A stretch of DNA of 21,229 bases from positions 1 to 21,229 of the forward strand of contig JBGCFM010000280.1 in assembly GCA_045106895.1 (NCBI GenBank). The letters are read 5' to 3'. Source of the DNA: Polyangiales bacterium. Its GTDB lineage: Bacteria; Myxococcota_A; Polyangia; Polyangiales; Houyiibacteriaceae. Below the pieces are notes generated by a model. The model was not told the origin of the DNA and did not search any database. It was given only the letters and a program-made list of their open reading frames with translations. A program made the position numbers and the translations under genes. Shown piece by piece: positions 7,003 to 15,887 of the stretch. The stretch's first letter is position 1. The number at the start of each line of letters is the position of its first letter.

Positions 7003-9056
7003 GGCCGCAGACTTCGGAGCAGAGCGTCACGGTCGACGGGTTTTGCGATCCAGCCGTCCGCGCCGTGCAGTTTCGAGCGTTCAGGGTCCGGCGTCACGCT
7101 GACGAGAAGCACTGGAATCTCGCCCGTCGCCGGCAGCGACTTGAGCTTTTCGAGCACATTCCAGCCGCCGAGGCTCCAGCCTTCTGGGTCGAGGACGACG
7201 GCGGCGGGCTTGAGCGTTGTCGCCAGGTCCAAACCTTCCCGCATGCCTTGAGTCGCCTCGACGCGATACCCCGCCTTCTGAAGCAGGCGGATCAGCAAGT
7301 CTCGTGAAGCTGGGTCCTCATCGACGACTAGAACGACGTCGCCACCGCTAAGGCGCGGAGGCAACGTTGGACGGGGCGCGACGCGCGGCTTTGGTGGTTC
7401 GGAGAGCGCCGGTAGGTGCACCGCGAAGATCGAACCGTAGCCTGGTTTGGAAGACGCGCTGATGCTTCCGCCCATGATCTCGGCGAAGCGCTTTGAGATC
7501 GCCAGGCCAAGGCCGGTGCCGCCATATTTTCTCGTCGTTGACGCGTCCGCCTGTGTGAAAGGTTGAAAGAGCCGTGTCAGCGTCTCGGCGTCGATGCCGA
7601 TGCCTCGGTCGATGATCTCAAAGGCGAGCTCCTCTTCGTCGTAGCGACCGGGGCGACGCTCGCAAAGCACACGGACGACGCTGTCTTCGGAGAACTTGTT
7701 CGCGTTGCTGATGAGGTTGATCAAGATTTGCCGAAGCTTCGTCGCGTCGACGAAAGCGCTCCCCATTTCATCCGCTTCGACGACGAGTCGGTTTCCTCGC
7801 TGCGCTGCGATGGGCGCGAGCGTTTCGACGACTTCGGAAACCACGGCCTCAATGTCCACAGGCTCCCAGTAGAGCTCCATGCGACCTGCTTCAATCTTCG
7901 ACAGGTCCAGGATATCGCTGATGAGGCCGAGGAGATGCTCTCCCGAGCGCTGGATCTTCGATAGGTCCTGCGCCGCCATTTTGAGCTCTGGGCTCTCCCG
8001 CGCGTCTTCTTGCAGCATCTCTGCATAACCGATGATCGCGTTGAGTGGGGTGCGAAGCTCATGACTCATGTTCGCGAGGAACTGGCTTTTCGCTTGGCTT
8101 GCGGCTTCTGCGGCGACCTTCGCGGCCTCGAGTTCGGCGGTTCGAACTTTGACTTGGGCCTCGAGAGTCTCCAGGAGACGTTGAAGGTTCTCTTCGGCGC
8201 GACGCTGGTCGGTCATGTCGAGGGCGACGATGATCATCTGTCTCAAGTGTTTGTCTGCTCGTTCACCAAACACGACGAGCTGCGCGAATACATCTTTCCC
8301 CTTCGCTCCGACGAAACGTTGGCCCCGACGCATCACTTCGAGCTCGCCGTGGGTGAGCAGAGTGAGGCCGACGTGCAGGTTATGTGTGTCGTCGGGGTGA
8401 GCGAGGGAACGAAGGCTCACCGTCTCGAGCTCTTCGGTGGAATCGAACTGCATCATCGCTGCAAACGCCGCGTTCGCGTCGGTGAGCACGCCATCTTCAT
8501 CGGCGATGGCCATACCGACGGGCGAGCTCTCAAAGAGGAAGCGAAAACGCTGAACACTCTCGCGGAGCGCTTCGTCGAAGCGCACGCGATCTGAAATATC
8601 GCGAATCACCGCCACGAAGAGTCGCTCGTATTGCCCTTTGACGAGGCTGTCCCGTTCGAAGAGCGCGGTGCGCATCTCCGTGTCGAAGTAGCTGCCGTTC
8701 CTTGCCAGCGCGCGGGAGCGTTTCGTCACCGGCGTCCCAGCCTCGAGCTGAACGAGCGCGCGACGCACGCCCTCATCGTCGAGGGACGCGAAGGTCGCAT
8801 CGATGTCACCTAAGTGTTTGCCCGCCAAGTCCCCGTTTCGGTAGCCAAGAGCGATGCAGGCTTGGCGGTTCGACTCAAGGATTCGGCCTTCTCCGTCGTG
8901 GAGGAGAACGGAATCCGCGGCGCCGTCGCTCATCTGGCGAAGCCGCTCGATGGTTTCTCCTCGCGCATCGAGCAAGGCCCGCAAACGTGCGTGTTTCGAC
9001 TCAAGCTTCAGGAGCCTTGTACGGAGCTCAGCGATTTCCGACGTCTGCTTGCTCAA
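6981..9056 (-). CDS. hybrid sensor histidine kinase (PAS-PAS-HisKA-HATPase_c-receiver), cytoplasmic
   Basis: FLANMSHELRTPLNAIIG, QILINLISNANKF, DRGIGI, LFQPFTQAD, GGTGLGL, C-terminal receiver VLVVDED...VVLD...IAKPV; two PAS segments; no TM evident. Confidence 0.95.
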   Translation of the reverse strand: MSKQTSEIAELRTRLLKLESKHARLRALLDARGETIERLRQMSDGAADSVLLHDGEGRILESNRQACIALGYRNGDLAGKHLGDIDATFASLDDEGVRRALVQLEAGTPVTKRSRALARNGSYFDTEMRTALFERDSLVKGQYERLFVAVIRDISDRVRFDEALRESVQRFRFLFESSPVGMAIADEDGVLTDANAAFAAMMQFDSTEELETVSLRSLAHPDDTHNLHVGLTLLTHGELEVMRRGQRFVGAKGKDVFAQLVVFGERADKHLRQMIIVALDMTDQRRAEENLQRLLETLEAQVKVRTAELEAAKVAAEAASQAKSQFLANMSHELRTPLNAIIGYAEMLQEDARESPELKMAAQDLSKIQRSGEHLLGLISDILDLSKIEAGRMELYWEPVDIEAVVSEVVETLAPIAAQRGNRLVVEADEMGSAFVDATKLRQILINLISNANKFSEDSVVRVLCERRPGRYDEEELAFEIIDRGIGIDAETLTRLFQPFTQADASTTRKYGGTGLGLAISKRFAEIMGGSISASSKPGYGSIFAVHLPALSEPPKPRVAPRPTLPPRLSGGDVVLVVDEDPASRDLLIRLLQKAGYRVEATQGMREGLDLATTLKPAAVVLDPEGWSLGGWNVLEKLKSLPATGEIPVLLVSVTPDPERSKLHGADGWIAKPVDRDALLRSLRPYASPRK

Positions 9057-9073
9057 CTTCAGGCCCTCAAAAA

Positions 9074-10423
9074 TCAGTGAGCGCGAATGGTGGCTTCGAC
9101 GTCTTCGGCGCTCTTTGGCGCGTCGGCGGTCATGACGAAAGGCGTGCTCGCGCTCACGAGAACATCGTCTTCAATACGGATGCCGCGCACATCGGCGAAG
9201 CGCTCGAGGGCGACCCGGTCGAGGCTATCCTCGGCGAACGCACATCGCGCCGCGTCGTTGAGAATCGCAGGAACTTGGTAGAATCCAGGCTCGACGGTCA
9301 CCGCCATTCCCTCCGCCAGCTCCCGGTCGAGGCGTAAATAGGAGAGTCCAAACTGGGCGTCGCGGGCGCGGCCTTCGGGGTAACCCGCGCGGTCACCAAG
9401 GTCTTCCATGTCGTGAACATCGAGGCCCAGAAGGTGGCCGACGCCGTGAGGAAAGAAGAGGGCATGGACGCCGCGTTCCACAAGCGAGTCCACGTTCCCG
9501 CGGAGGATTCCCTCGTCGACGAGGCCTTGGGTCAACGTGCGAGCGGCCTGCAGATGCACTTCGCGGTAACGAACGCCGGGGCGCACGCGAGCGATTGCAT
9601 CGACTTGGGCCGCGAGCACGATGTCGTACATCGCGCGTTGCGTGGGTGAGAATGTGCCGCTGACGGGCCAGGTGCGCGTGACATCGCCGGCCCAACCGTC
9701 CGCGGTTTCGGCGCCGACATCGGCGAGGAGGAGGTCGCCCTCTCGGCACTCGTTGCCGTGCGAATGGTTGTGCAGAACCTCGCCGTGCACCGTCACGATG
9801 GAGCCGTAGGCCGTCCCGCAGTCGAGCTTCGCAAGCTCGAACTCCATCGCGGCACACACCGCCGCTTCGCTGACGCCTGGGCGAGTCGCGGCCATGCCGG
9901 CCCGGTGCGCCGCCGCCGTCGCCTTCGCCGCCGTGATGAGCCCCGCTTGGGCCGCATCATCATGGACACTCCGGAGCGCTACAACGGCGTGCTCAAGATC
10001 GGCATCGCCTCCGGCGCGGCCAAAACCTCGCCCAAGAAAAGCAGCTTGCTCCTCGCGGGTCGAGGCGTCTGGCGCAGGAATTGTCGCGACCTGCTGCGTT
10101 TGCTGAAGTACGGCCGGCAAGGTCTCTAACGGAGCGACCTCGCAGCCAAGGGCACCCGCGAGCTCCTCCGCACTCGGCTGAGGCCCATGCCAAAGCGCGT
10201 CGTCGGCGTCGGGCGTCGGGATGAACACCCGAGTCCGCTCTTGTTCAACAAGCGCGTAGGCGCCTTCGAGTCCCTTGCCCACAAAGTAGAGGAAGTGACT
10301 CGACGCTCGAAACGGGTACGGGTTGCCCGGATAGTTGCGTCCGATCGAGCGCCCCGCGGCAAAGAGCGCGGCGCCAGAGATACGCTGTCCGAGCTTCGCT
10401 CGGCGTTGGACTACGTTATTCAC
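9074..10423 (-). CDS. pepP: Xaa-Pro aminopeptidase (M24B family)
   Basis: FRASSHFLYF, LADVGAE...AGDVTRTWP, HGVGHLLGLDVHD, TVEPGFY, GIRIEDDV metal-ligand motifs. Confidence 0.93.
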   Translation of the reverse strand: MNNVVQRRAKLGQRISGAALFAAGRSIGRNYPGNPYPFRASSHFLYFVGKGLEGAYALVEQERTRVFIPTPDADDALWHGPQPSAEELAGALGCEVAPLETLPAVLQQTQQVATIPAPDASTREEQAAFLGRGFGRAGGDADLEHAVVALRSVHDDAAQAGLITAAKATAAAHRAGMAATRPGVSEAAVCAAMEFELAKLDCGTAYGSIVTVHGEVLHNHSHGNECREGDLLLADVGAETADGWAGDVTRTWPVSGTFSPTQRAMYDIVLAAQVDAIARVRPGVRYREVHLQAARTLTQGLVDEGILRGNVDSLVERGVHALFFPHGVGHLLGLDVHDMEDLGDRAGYPEGRARDAQFGLSYLRLDRELAEGMAVTVEPGFYQVPAILNDAARCAFAEDSLDRVALERFADVRGIRIEDDVLVSASTPFVMTADAPKSAEDVEATIRAH

Positions 10424-11706
10424 TCCGCCACGATACGACGAACTTCACCACCGAGGTAGACGATGTAGAGTTCACCGTTGCCGTCTTCACCGAATGAAGC
10501 CAGCTGCCCTGCGAGTCCCGAAAGGTCCTCGACGCGTTGGATGCTGCTCGCTTCACCTTCGCAGTAGCGAAGCGCCGCGACATCGAAGACTGCGATGTCG
10601 CTGAAGATGTAGAAGCCGTTGAGGCCGGGGATGGCGGACCCTCGGTACACGTAGCCGCCCGTGATGGACACGCCGCCGCGGATGCTAGGACCGTCGAAGT
10701 CGCCATGACGGTAGGTGTGAATCGGCGCGAAGTGATTCGTGACATCGCCGACTTGGCTGTCGTCGAAGACATCGTTGCCTTCATACGCGGGCCAGCCCAG
10801 GTTCGCGCCGCTGGTGCCAGGCTCGATGACGCTGATCTCTTCAATGAGCTCCTGGCCAACATCGGCGATGTACATGTTGCCGTTGGCCCGGTCGAAGCTC
10901 CAGCGCCAAGGGTTGCGAACGCCGTAGGCCCAAATCTGCGGCTCACCCCCGCCGGAAGCGAAAGGGTTGCCCGCTGCGACGAAGTTGCCCGCCGCGTTGT
11001 CCACATCGAGGCGCACCATTGTGGCCATCAGCGTGTTGAGGTTCTGGCCATTGCCGTAAGCGTCGCCACCGGCACCTTCGTCGCCGAGGCCGGCGTAGAG
11101 GAAGCCGTCCGGTCCGAACTCGATCATCCCGCCGTTGTGGTTGCTGGCGCGGTCGTTGACCTCGAGGAGACGCTCAACTCGCGCGCCATCGGCGACGAGC
11201 GGGTTGCCGTCGCTGCGTCGCCACTCATCGATGACGTTTCGCGACGGGTCGCGCGGGGTGCTGTACGTGAAGAAGCGACCATTCGTCGCGTAGTCCGGAT
11301 GGAAAGCGAGTCCCAGGAGGCCCTGCTCGCCATCCGTGTTCAAATTGCCCACGCTAAGGAATTCGCTGGTGTCGCCCTCATCCCAGATCACGATTCGCCC
11401 CTGTTTCTCGACAATGTACAGTCGGTCGGGGTCGTCCGGTGCCGCGGTCACGTAGACTGGCTGATTGAAGCGGCCCACGAGCTCCGTACCAAGGCCAGGG
11501 ACCGTCATCTCACTGCAGTTCTCTGGGCCGGTGTCAGGGCGGCCGGCGTCGTTTCCGGCATCGTTTCCGGCGTCAGAGCCGCCAGGTCCCGCGTCCATGC
11601 CCACTGCGTCAGGGCCCGGACCGCTGTCCGTTGCCGAGGAGTCGTCGCCGCACGCCAGGGCGGTGGGGAGGGCGATCGCCAGAATAAGTCGAAGAATAGT
11701 CTGCAT
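10420..11706 (-). CDS. PQQ-dependent glucose/sorbosone dehydrogenase family lipoprotein
   Basis: Lipobox ALAC; EQGLLGLAFHPDY, NHNGGMIEFGPDGFLY, AYGVRNPWRWSFD, ADVGQ, SITGGYVYRG, SFGED. Confidence 0.92.
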   Translation of the reverse strand: MQTILRLILAIALPTALACGDDSSATDSGPGPDAVGMDAGPGGSDAGNDAGNDAGRPDTGPENCSEMTVPGLGTELVGRFNQPVYVTAAPDDPDRLYIVEKQGRIVIWDEGDTSEFLSVGNLNTDGEQGLLGLAFHPDYATNGRFFTYSTPRDPSRNVIDEWRRSDGNPLVADGARVERLLEVNDRASNHNGGMIEFGPDGFLYAGLGDEGAGGDAYGNGQNLNTLMATMVRLDVDNAAGNFVAAGNPFASGGGEPQIWAYGVRNPWRWSFDRANGNMYIADVGQELIEEISVIEPGTSGANLGWPAYEGNDVFDDSQVGDVTNHFAPIHTYRHGDFDGPSIRGGVSITGGYVYRGSAIPGLNGFYIFSDIAVFDVAALRYCEGEASSIQRVEDLSGLAGQLASFGEDGNGELYIVYLGGEVRRIVAE

Positions 11707-11713
11707 GCGGCGC

Positions 11714-11722
11714 AGGCTAGCA
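11714..11722 (-). promoter_or_regulatory. extended -10 element, probable leaderless promoter
   Basis: Minus strand TGcTAGCCT 7 nt upstream of ATG 11706; no SD. Confidence 0.4.
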
Positions 11723-11823
11723 GGCGCGCAAGCTCATTCAAATGGGTCGATCCGCCCGGATTCCAGGTGAAAGAGCGGGCGGCATTGCGCGACTGCGGCT
11801 TGCCGCGGTAGGACTGCGCCCAC

Positions 11824-13599
11824 ATGGCCACGAACTCCCCCCCCGCTTACCGCGAACTCACCTTCGCCGCCTTGGCTCTCGGCGTCATTCAGGGCGCGAT
11901 TCTCACCGCGTCCTTTGTATACATCGGACTGAAGCTAGGCTTTGGCCTATCCGGCTCAACGGTCGCGGCCATCACCGGCTTTGCGCTCCTTCGCGGAGTT
12001 GGCCGGAAGGTGTTCAACATCGATGGATGCGGTTCGATCCTCGAGACCAACATCAACCAGACCATCGCCTCTGGCATCAACACCGCCTCCGCCGGTGTCG
12101 TTTTCACCTTCCCCGCGCTCTTCCTCTTGGGGTTCGCCGACGAGATAAACTACGGGGTCATCCTTCTCGCGGCCGTCGCGGGCTCGTTCATGGGCATCGT
12201 CGTCATCATTCCGCTTCGGAAGCAGATGATCGAGATCGAACGTTTGCGTTTCCCTTCGGGGATCGCCGTCGCGACGATCCTGAAGTCCCCCGGCGCGGGC
12301 GCTGAGAAAGCCGTGCTCCTCGGTGTTGGCGCGGTCGTCGCTGCATCCATGACTCTCCTCAGCCACTTCGAGGTGATGCCCGAAACTTTGACCGTCGGCG
12401 CTTGGTTCCTCGACGACCCTGAGACCGCAAGCGGTTCCACGGGCATTCTCTTGTTGGGCACATCGCTCTCGCTCTCCATGGCCAACTTCGGCGCCGGCCT
12501 CCTCAGCGGTAAGGGCGGTCTCGCCTTCGCCGTCGGCGGAATGCTCGCGTGGTGGGTCATCGCTCCTTACGTAGCGGGCCAAGGCTGGATTCCCGAAGAC
12601 GTCGTCGGCGACGCGCTCTGGGGCACGGTCTACGGTTCGATGCTTCGCCCCGTCGGTATTGGCGTGCTCATTGGTGGCGCGCTCTCCGGCGTTGTCATGA
12701 GCTACCCCGCGCTCAAAGGAGCCATCAAGAGCCTGAAGGCTGCGGCAAAACTCGCCAAAACCGGCAACTCGTCGGACGCTGAAGAGTTGCCTCCGAAGGT
12801 GCTGATTTTCGGCCTCGGTGGCGCCTTCATTGCGCTCTTCGTCGTCGCTATTCTCGGGTCCGAAGGAGCCGTTGCGATGTCCATCTCGGTGGCCGTCGCG
12901 GGCACGATCTGGTTGGCTCTCGCGGGCCTGATCGTCGCCCAGGCCACCGGCGCGACGGACATCTCGCCCCTCTCCGGGCTCGCGCTCATCGCCGTGACTC
13001 TCATGCTGGCAATTACCGCGAACAACGTGATGCTCGCGGTGACCATCGGCGTCGCCGTTTGCGTCGCAACAAACCAGTGCTCTGACATGATGAGCGACCT
13101 AAAGACCGGTCACCTCGTCGGCGGTCAACCTCGTAGGCAGCAGCTCGCGCAGTTCATGGTCGCATGGATTGGACCTGCCATCGCCATCGGAACTGTTGTG
13201 CTCCTTTGGAAAGGCGGACCCGGCGGCCAAGGCGGCTTCGGGCCGGGCACAGACCTCGGCGCTCCACAGGCTGGCGCCCTCCAGGGAATGGTGGATGGCG
13301 TCGTCAGCGGAAACGCACCTCTCGACAAGTACTTCGCCGGCGCATGCATCGGTGGTGCCCTCGCCCTCTTCCCGGTGAGCGGCCTTGGCGTCCTCATCGG
13401 TCTCGCCATGTACCTGCCCTTCGAGATCACCTTCGCCTACGGCATCGGTTGTGTCGTCTCGATGAGCCTCGAGAAGTGGAAGGGTCGTAGTTTCTACGGC
13501 GGTATCATCGTACCCATCGGCGCCGGATTTATTATCGGTGAGGCGCTGACAAGTCTGACTCTGACAATGATTGCTCTCGCGACGGGAGGCGGACAATGA
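11824..13599 (+). CDS. OPT/YSL family oligopeptide transporter
   Basis: YRELT, YIGLKLG, ETNINQTIAS, PLRKQMI..ERLRFPSGIAVA, DMMSDLKTGHLVG..PRRQQ, APQA; many TM helices. Confidence 0.93.
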   Translation: MATNSPPAYRELTFAALALGVIQGAILTASFVYIGLKLGFGLSGSTVAAITGFALLRGVGRKVFNIDGCGSILETNINQTIASGINTASAGVVFTFPALFLLGFADEINYGVILLAAVAGSFMGIVVIIPLRKQMIEIERLRFPSGIAVATILKSPGAGAEKAVLLGVGAVVAASMTLLSHFEVMPETLTVGAWFLDDPETASGSTGILLLGTSLSLSMANFGAGLLSGKGGLAFAVGGMLAWWVIAPYVAGQGWIPEDVVGDALWGTVYGSMLRPVGIGVLIGGALSGVVMSYPALKGAIKSLKAAAKLAKTGNSSDAEELPPKVLIFGLGGAFIALFVVAILGSEGAVAMSISVAVAGTIWLALAGLIVAQATGATDISPLSGLALIAVTLMLAITANNVMLAVTIGVAVCVATNQCSDMMSDLKTGHLVGGQPRRQQLAQFMVAWIGPAIAIGTVVLLWKGGPGGQGGFGPGTDLGAPQAGALQGMVDGVVSGNAPLDKYFAGACIGGALALFPVSGLGVLIGLAMYLPFEITFAYGIGCVVSMSLEKWKGRSFYGGIIVPIGAGFIIGEALTSLTLTMIALATGGGQ

Positions 13600-14246
13600 A
13601 CCCGAAGATGCTCAAGGCCCTTGGCGCTATTCTTTTTGTTGTAGGCCTCACCTACGCCTCTTGGTTCGCCTCGTATGTTCCTATTCCTGAAGAGGGTGAG
13701 GCACTTCCCACGGGACTTGCGCGCGTGAGTCTTTGGTGGGGGCAGGTTGGAACTCGTTTCGTCGGCGGTCTGCTCTTCATGATCATTGGCGGTCCTTTGG
13801 CGCGCCTCGCGGACAGGAAGACACGAGACGCGAACGCGGAGGGCGAAGAGAAGGGTGGCGGGAGCGATCCGGCGACGGGACTCGCTGACATCCTCAGCGC
13901 CCTGCGAGCACTTCCCATCGACGAGCTTGAAAAGAACCCGAAAACGCTGGCCGATGCCATCGATGACATTCTCACCGAGCAGATCCCCGCGTTCCTCGAC
14001 AAACGCCAAGAACTCATCACAAACCTCGGCCTCGAACGCTTCGCCGAGATGATCGGCCATTTCGCATCGATGGAGCGCGCCACGGCGAGATCCTGGAGCG
14101 CCCTCACGGACGAGGCGTTTCATGAGGTTCTGCCTAGTCTTCAGCGTGCGGAGCGCGGAGCGGTGCACGCGACGTCGGCGCTAAACGGCGAGGAGCCAGG
14201 CGAGGTCGTTGCGCAGCTTGGACGCGACCAAGCGGATCAAGCGTGA
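13596..14246 (+). CDS. hypothetical membrane protein (two N-terminal TMs plus helical domain), coupled to the OPT gene
   Basis: ATGA overlap with the OPT stop; two hydrophobic segments then a soluble helical region. Confidence 0.8.
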   Translation: MNPKMLKALGAILFVVGLTYASWFASYVPIPEEGEALPTGLARVSLWWGQVGTRFVGGLLFMIIGGPLARLADRKTRDANAEGEEKGGGSDPATGLADILSALRALPIDELEKNPKTLADAIDDILTEQIPAFLDKRQELITNLGLERFAEMIGHFASMERATARSWSALTDEAFHEVLPSLQRAERGAVHATSALNGEEPGEVVAQLGRDQADQA

Positions 14247-14363
14247 ACTCCCCTTCACGCCCCATCGGGGAGATCGTGCGTTTGTGTCCTTCTTCGAGTT
14301 CCACGTTCATCCCCCGAGGCTAAGAAACGCCTAGAACGACGGATTTTCGTACTCGTCGGGTCC

Positions 14364-14380
14364 TGGCACTCGACTTGCAT
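14364..14380 (+). promoter_or_regulatory. sigma54 (-24/-12) promoter
   Basis: TGGCACTCGACTTGCAT matches consensus TGGCAC-N5-TTGC(A/T) exactly; predicted +1 about 14390; AGGA RBS at 14401; ATG 14414. Confidence 0.85.
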
Positions 14381-14413
14381 TATCTCTCGTCGACCCTCAC
14401 AGGAACACCCCCG

Positions 14414-15283
14414 ATGAAAGCCACTCCCGTATTCCTTGCCGCTCTTTTTGCCTCCTTCGCTGCCCTCTCGGGTTCGTCGGTGGCTGCCGCCCAATGCCCG
14501 CCGGGCTCTGTGGTGTGCGCGAGCGCGAACGTCCAAACCCGTACCAACGTGCAGGTGTCCGGCTCCATCAGCATTGGAGGGACCCGCCGCGCTCGTCAGG
14601 TTGCGCCGCCACCTCCGCCGCAGCAGCCGCAAGGGCGCATCGTCGTCGTCCAGCAGGCGCCGGTCGCACCACCGCCTCAGCAGCAGGTCGTAGTCTACCA
14701 GCCTCCTCAGCCGGTGCAGGAAGAGGTCATCATCATCGAGCAGGACCCAGCTCGTCTTCGACTTCGACCTGTGATGAACCAGAAGTTCGGCATCACCGCA
14801 CGTCTCGGCGGCATCATCGCAGAGAACGTTCGAATGGGCGGCTTGGCTGCGGGCATCCGCTTTCGTCCCTCCCGTATGTTCGGCGTTGAACTGAGCGTCG
14901 GCGCGTACGGCGGTCAGGACTACAACGGCCACGACCGAATCGAAGTGCCAATCGCTTTCGACTTCATGTTCCATCTCCCGCGTGCGACGCGCTTCCAGAT
15001 GTTCTTTGTCATCGGCCCGCAGGTGAGCTGGGCGGTGACCGATGGTTTGGACCGCTTCCTTGGGTACACCTCGCGAACCTTCGCCTACCTCGGCGGCCAC
15101 GCCGGCATCGGCGGTGAACTCCGCATCAGCGACCACTTCGCCATCTCCGCCGACATCCGAGCGTTCATTCGAAGCCGCGTTGATGACGATGGAGCACCCG
15201 AGTTCGTGAACTTCGCGACCGGCGAGACCACCAACACTTCCGCTGGCGGCATCTTGAACGTCGGCGCTCACCTCTACTTCTAG
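14414..15283 (+). CDS. outer-membrane beta-barrel domain protein with Pro/Gln-rich N-terminal region
   Basis: Start reassigned to ATG 14414; signal peptide, CPPGSVVC, PQ-rich linker, about eight amphipathic strands, C-terminal AHLYF (aromatic terminal residue typical of OMPs). Confidence 0.8.
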   Translation: MKATPVFLAALFASFAALSGSSVAAAQCPPGSVVCASANVQTRTNVQVSGSISIGGTRRARQVAPPPPPQQPQGRIVVVQQAPVAPPPQQQVVVYQPPQPVQEEVIIIEQDPARLRLRPVMNQKFGITARLGGIIAENVRMGGLAAGIRFRPSRMFGVELSVGAYGGQDYNGHDRIEVPIAFDFMFHLPRATRFQMFFVIGPQVSWAVTDGLDRFLGYTSRTFAYLGGHAGIGGELRISDHFAISADIRAFIRSRVDDDGAPEFVNFATGETTNTSAGGILNVGAHLYF

Positions 15284-15319
15284 TTCACAACCCCACTCAA
15301 GTTCACCTCCGGGGGAACG

Positions 15320-15359
15320 AAAAACGGCTCGCATCTTTCGGATGCGGGCCGTTTGCTTT
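15320..15359 (+). terminator. rho-independent terminator, probably bidirectional
   Basis: AAAAACGGCTCGCATC-TTTCG-GATGCGGGCCGTTTGCTTT: 14-bp stem with one G-U pair, A-run before and T-rich tail after. Confidence 0.85.
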
Positions 15360-15887
15360 GTGCGCCCAGCATGGGCGCTGACTTAGAGGTGAAAGTCCTC
15401 TCCTGAGCCGATCACAGCGAAGGAAGTGAAACCCAAGTGCGGAAGGGCGACCGACCGTGTGGAGGAAGGGTGGAGCGAATCCGTGAGCCGATGAATAAGA
15501 ATCGGATAGAAGGCGTGGGCGACCAGGGCGAGTGGGCAAAGAACCACGAAGCTCTCGTGATCCGAAGGGACCCTGCGTAAATCCGGCGGTTGTGCGGAGA
15601 AGGTCAGCGTTCTTACCTGGGGAGATCTCGCCTTGGACTTGAAAGGGTCACGCATGGCGCGGAGCGAGAAGTCAGCCGAGGTCGTAGTAGGCCACGTCGG
15701 GAGACGCGCTGAAGGACCGAACGATGGGAAGGGCCAATCGGCCCAGCGACTCGAAGACGAAAGACTGTCGAAGTCCAAACAACTGGAGCTGCCGCTGGAG
15801 GGGCTGCGTGGAACGCAGCTGACAAAGCGGAGTGAGTGCGCGTCATCGGCGTCGCTGGGAAACGAGGACCCAGGAAAGGACTCGCTG

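Noticed and set aside
10537..11811. 424-aa plus-strand ORF
   Set aside because: Antisense shadow of the dehydrogenase gene, expected in high-GC DNA.
14255..15334. 359-aa minus-strand ORF
   Set aside because: Antisense shadow of the OMP gene; no motifs.
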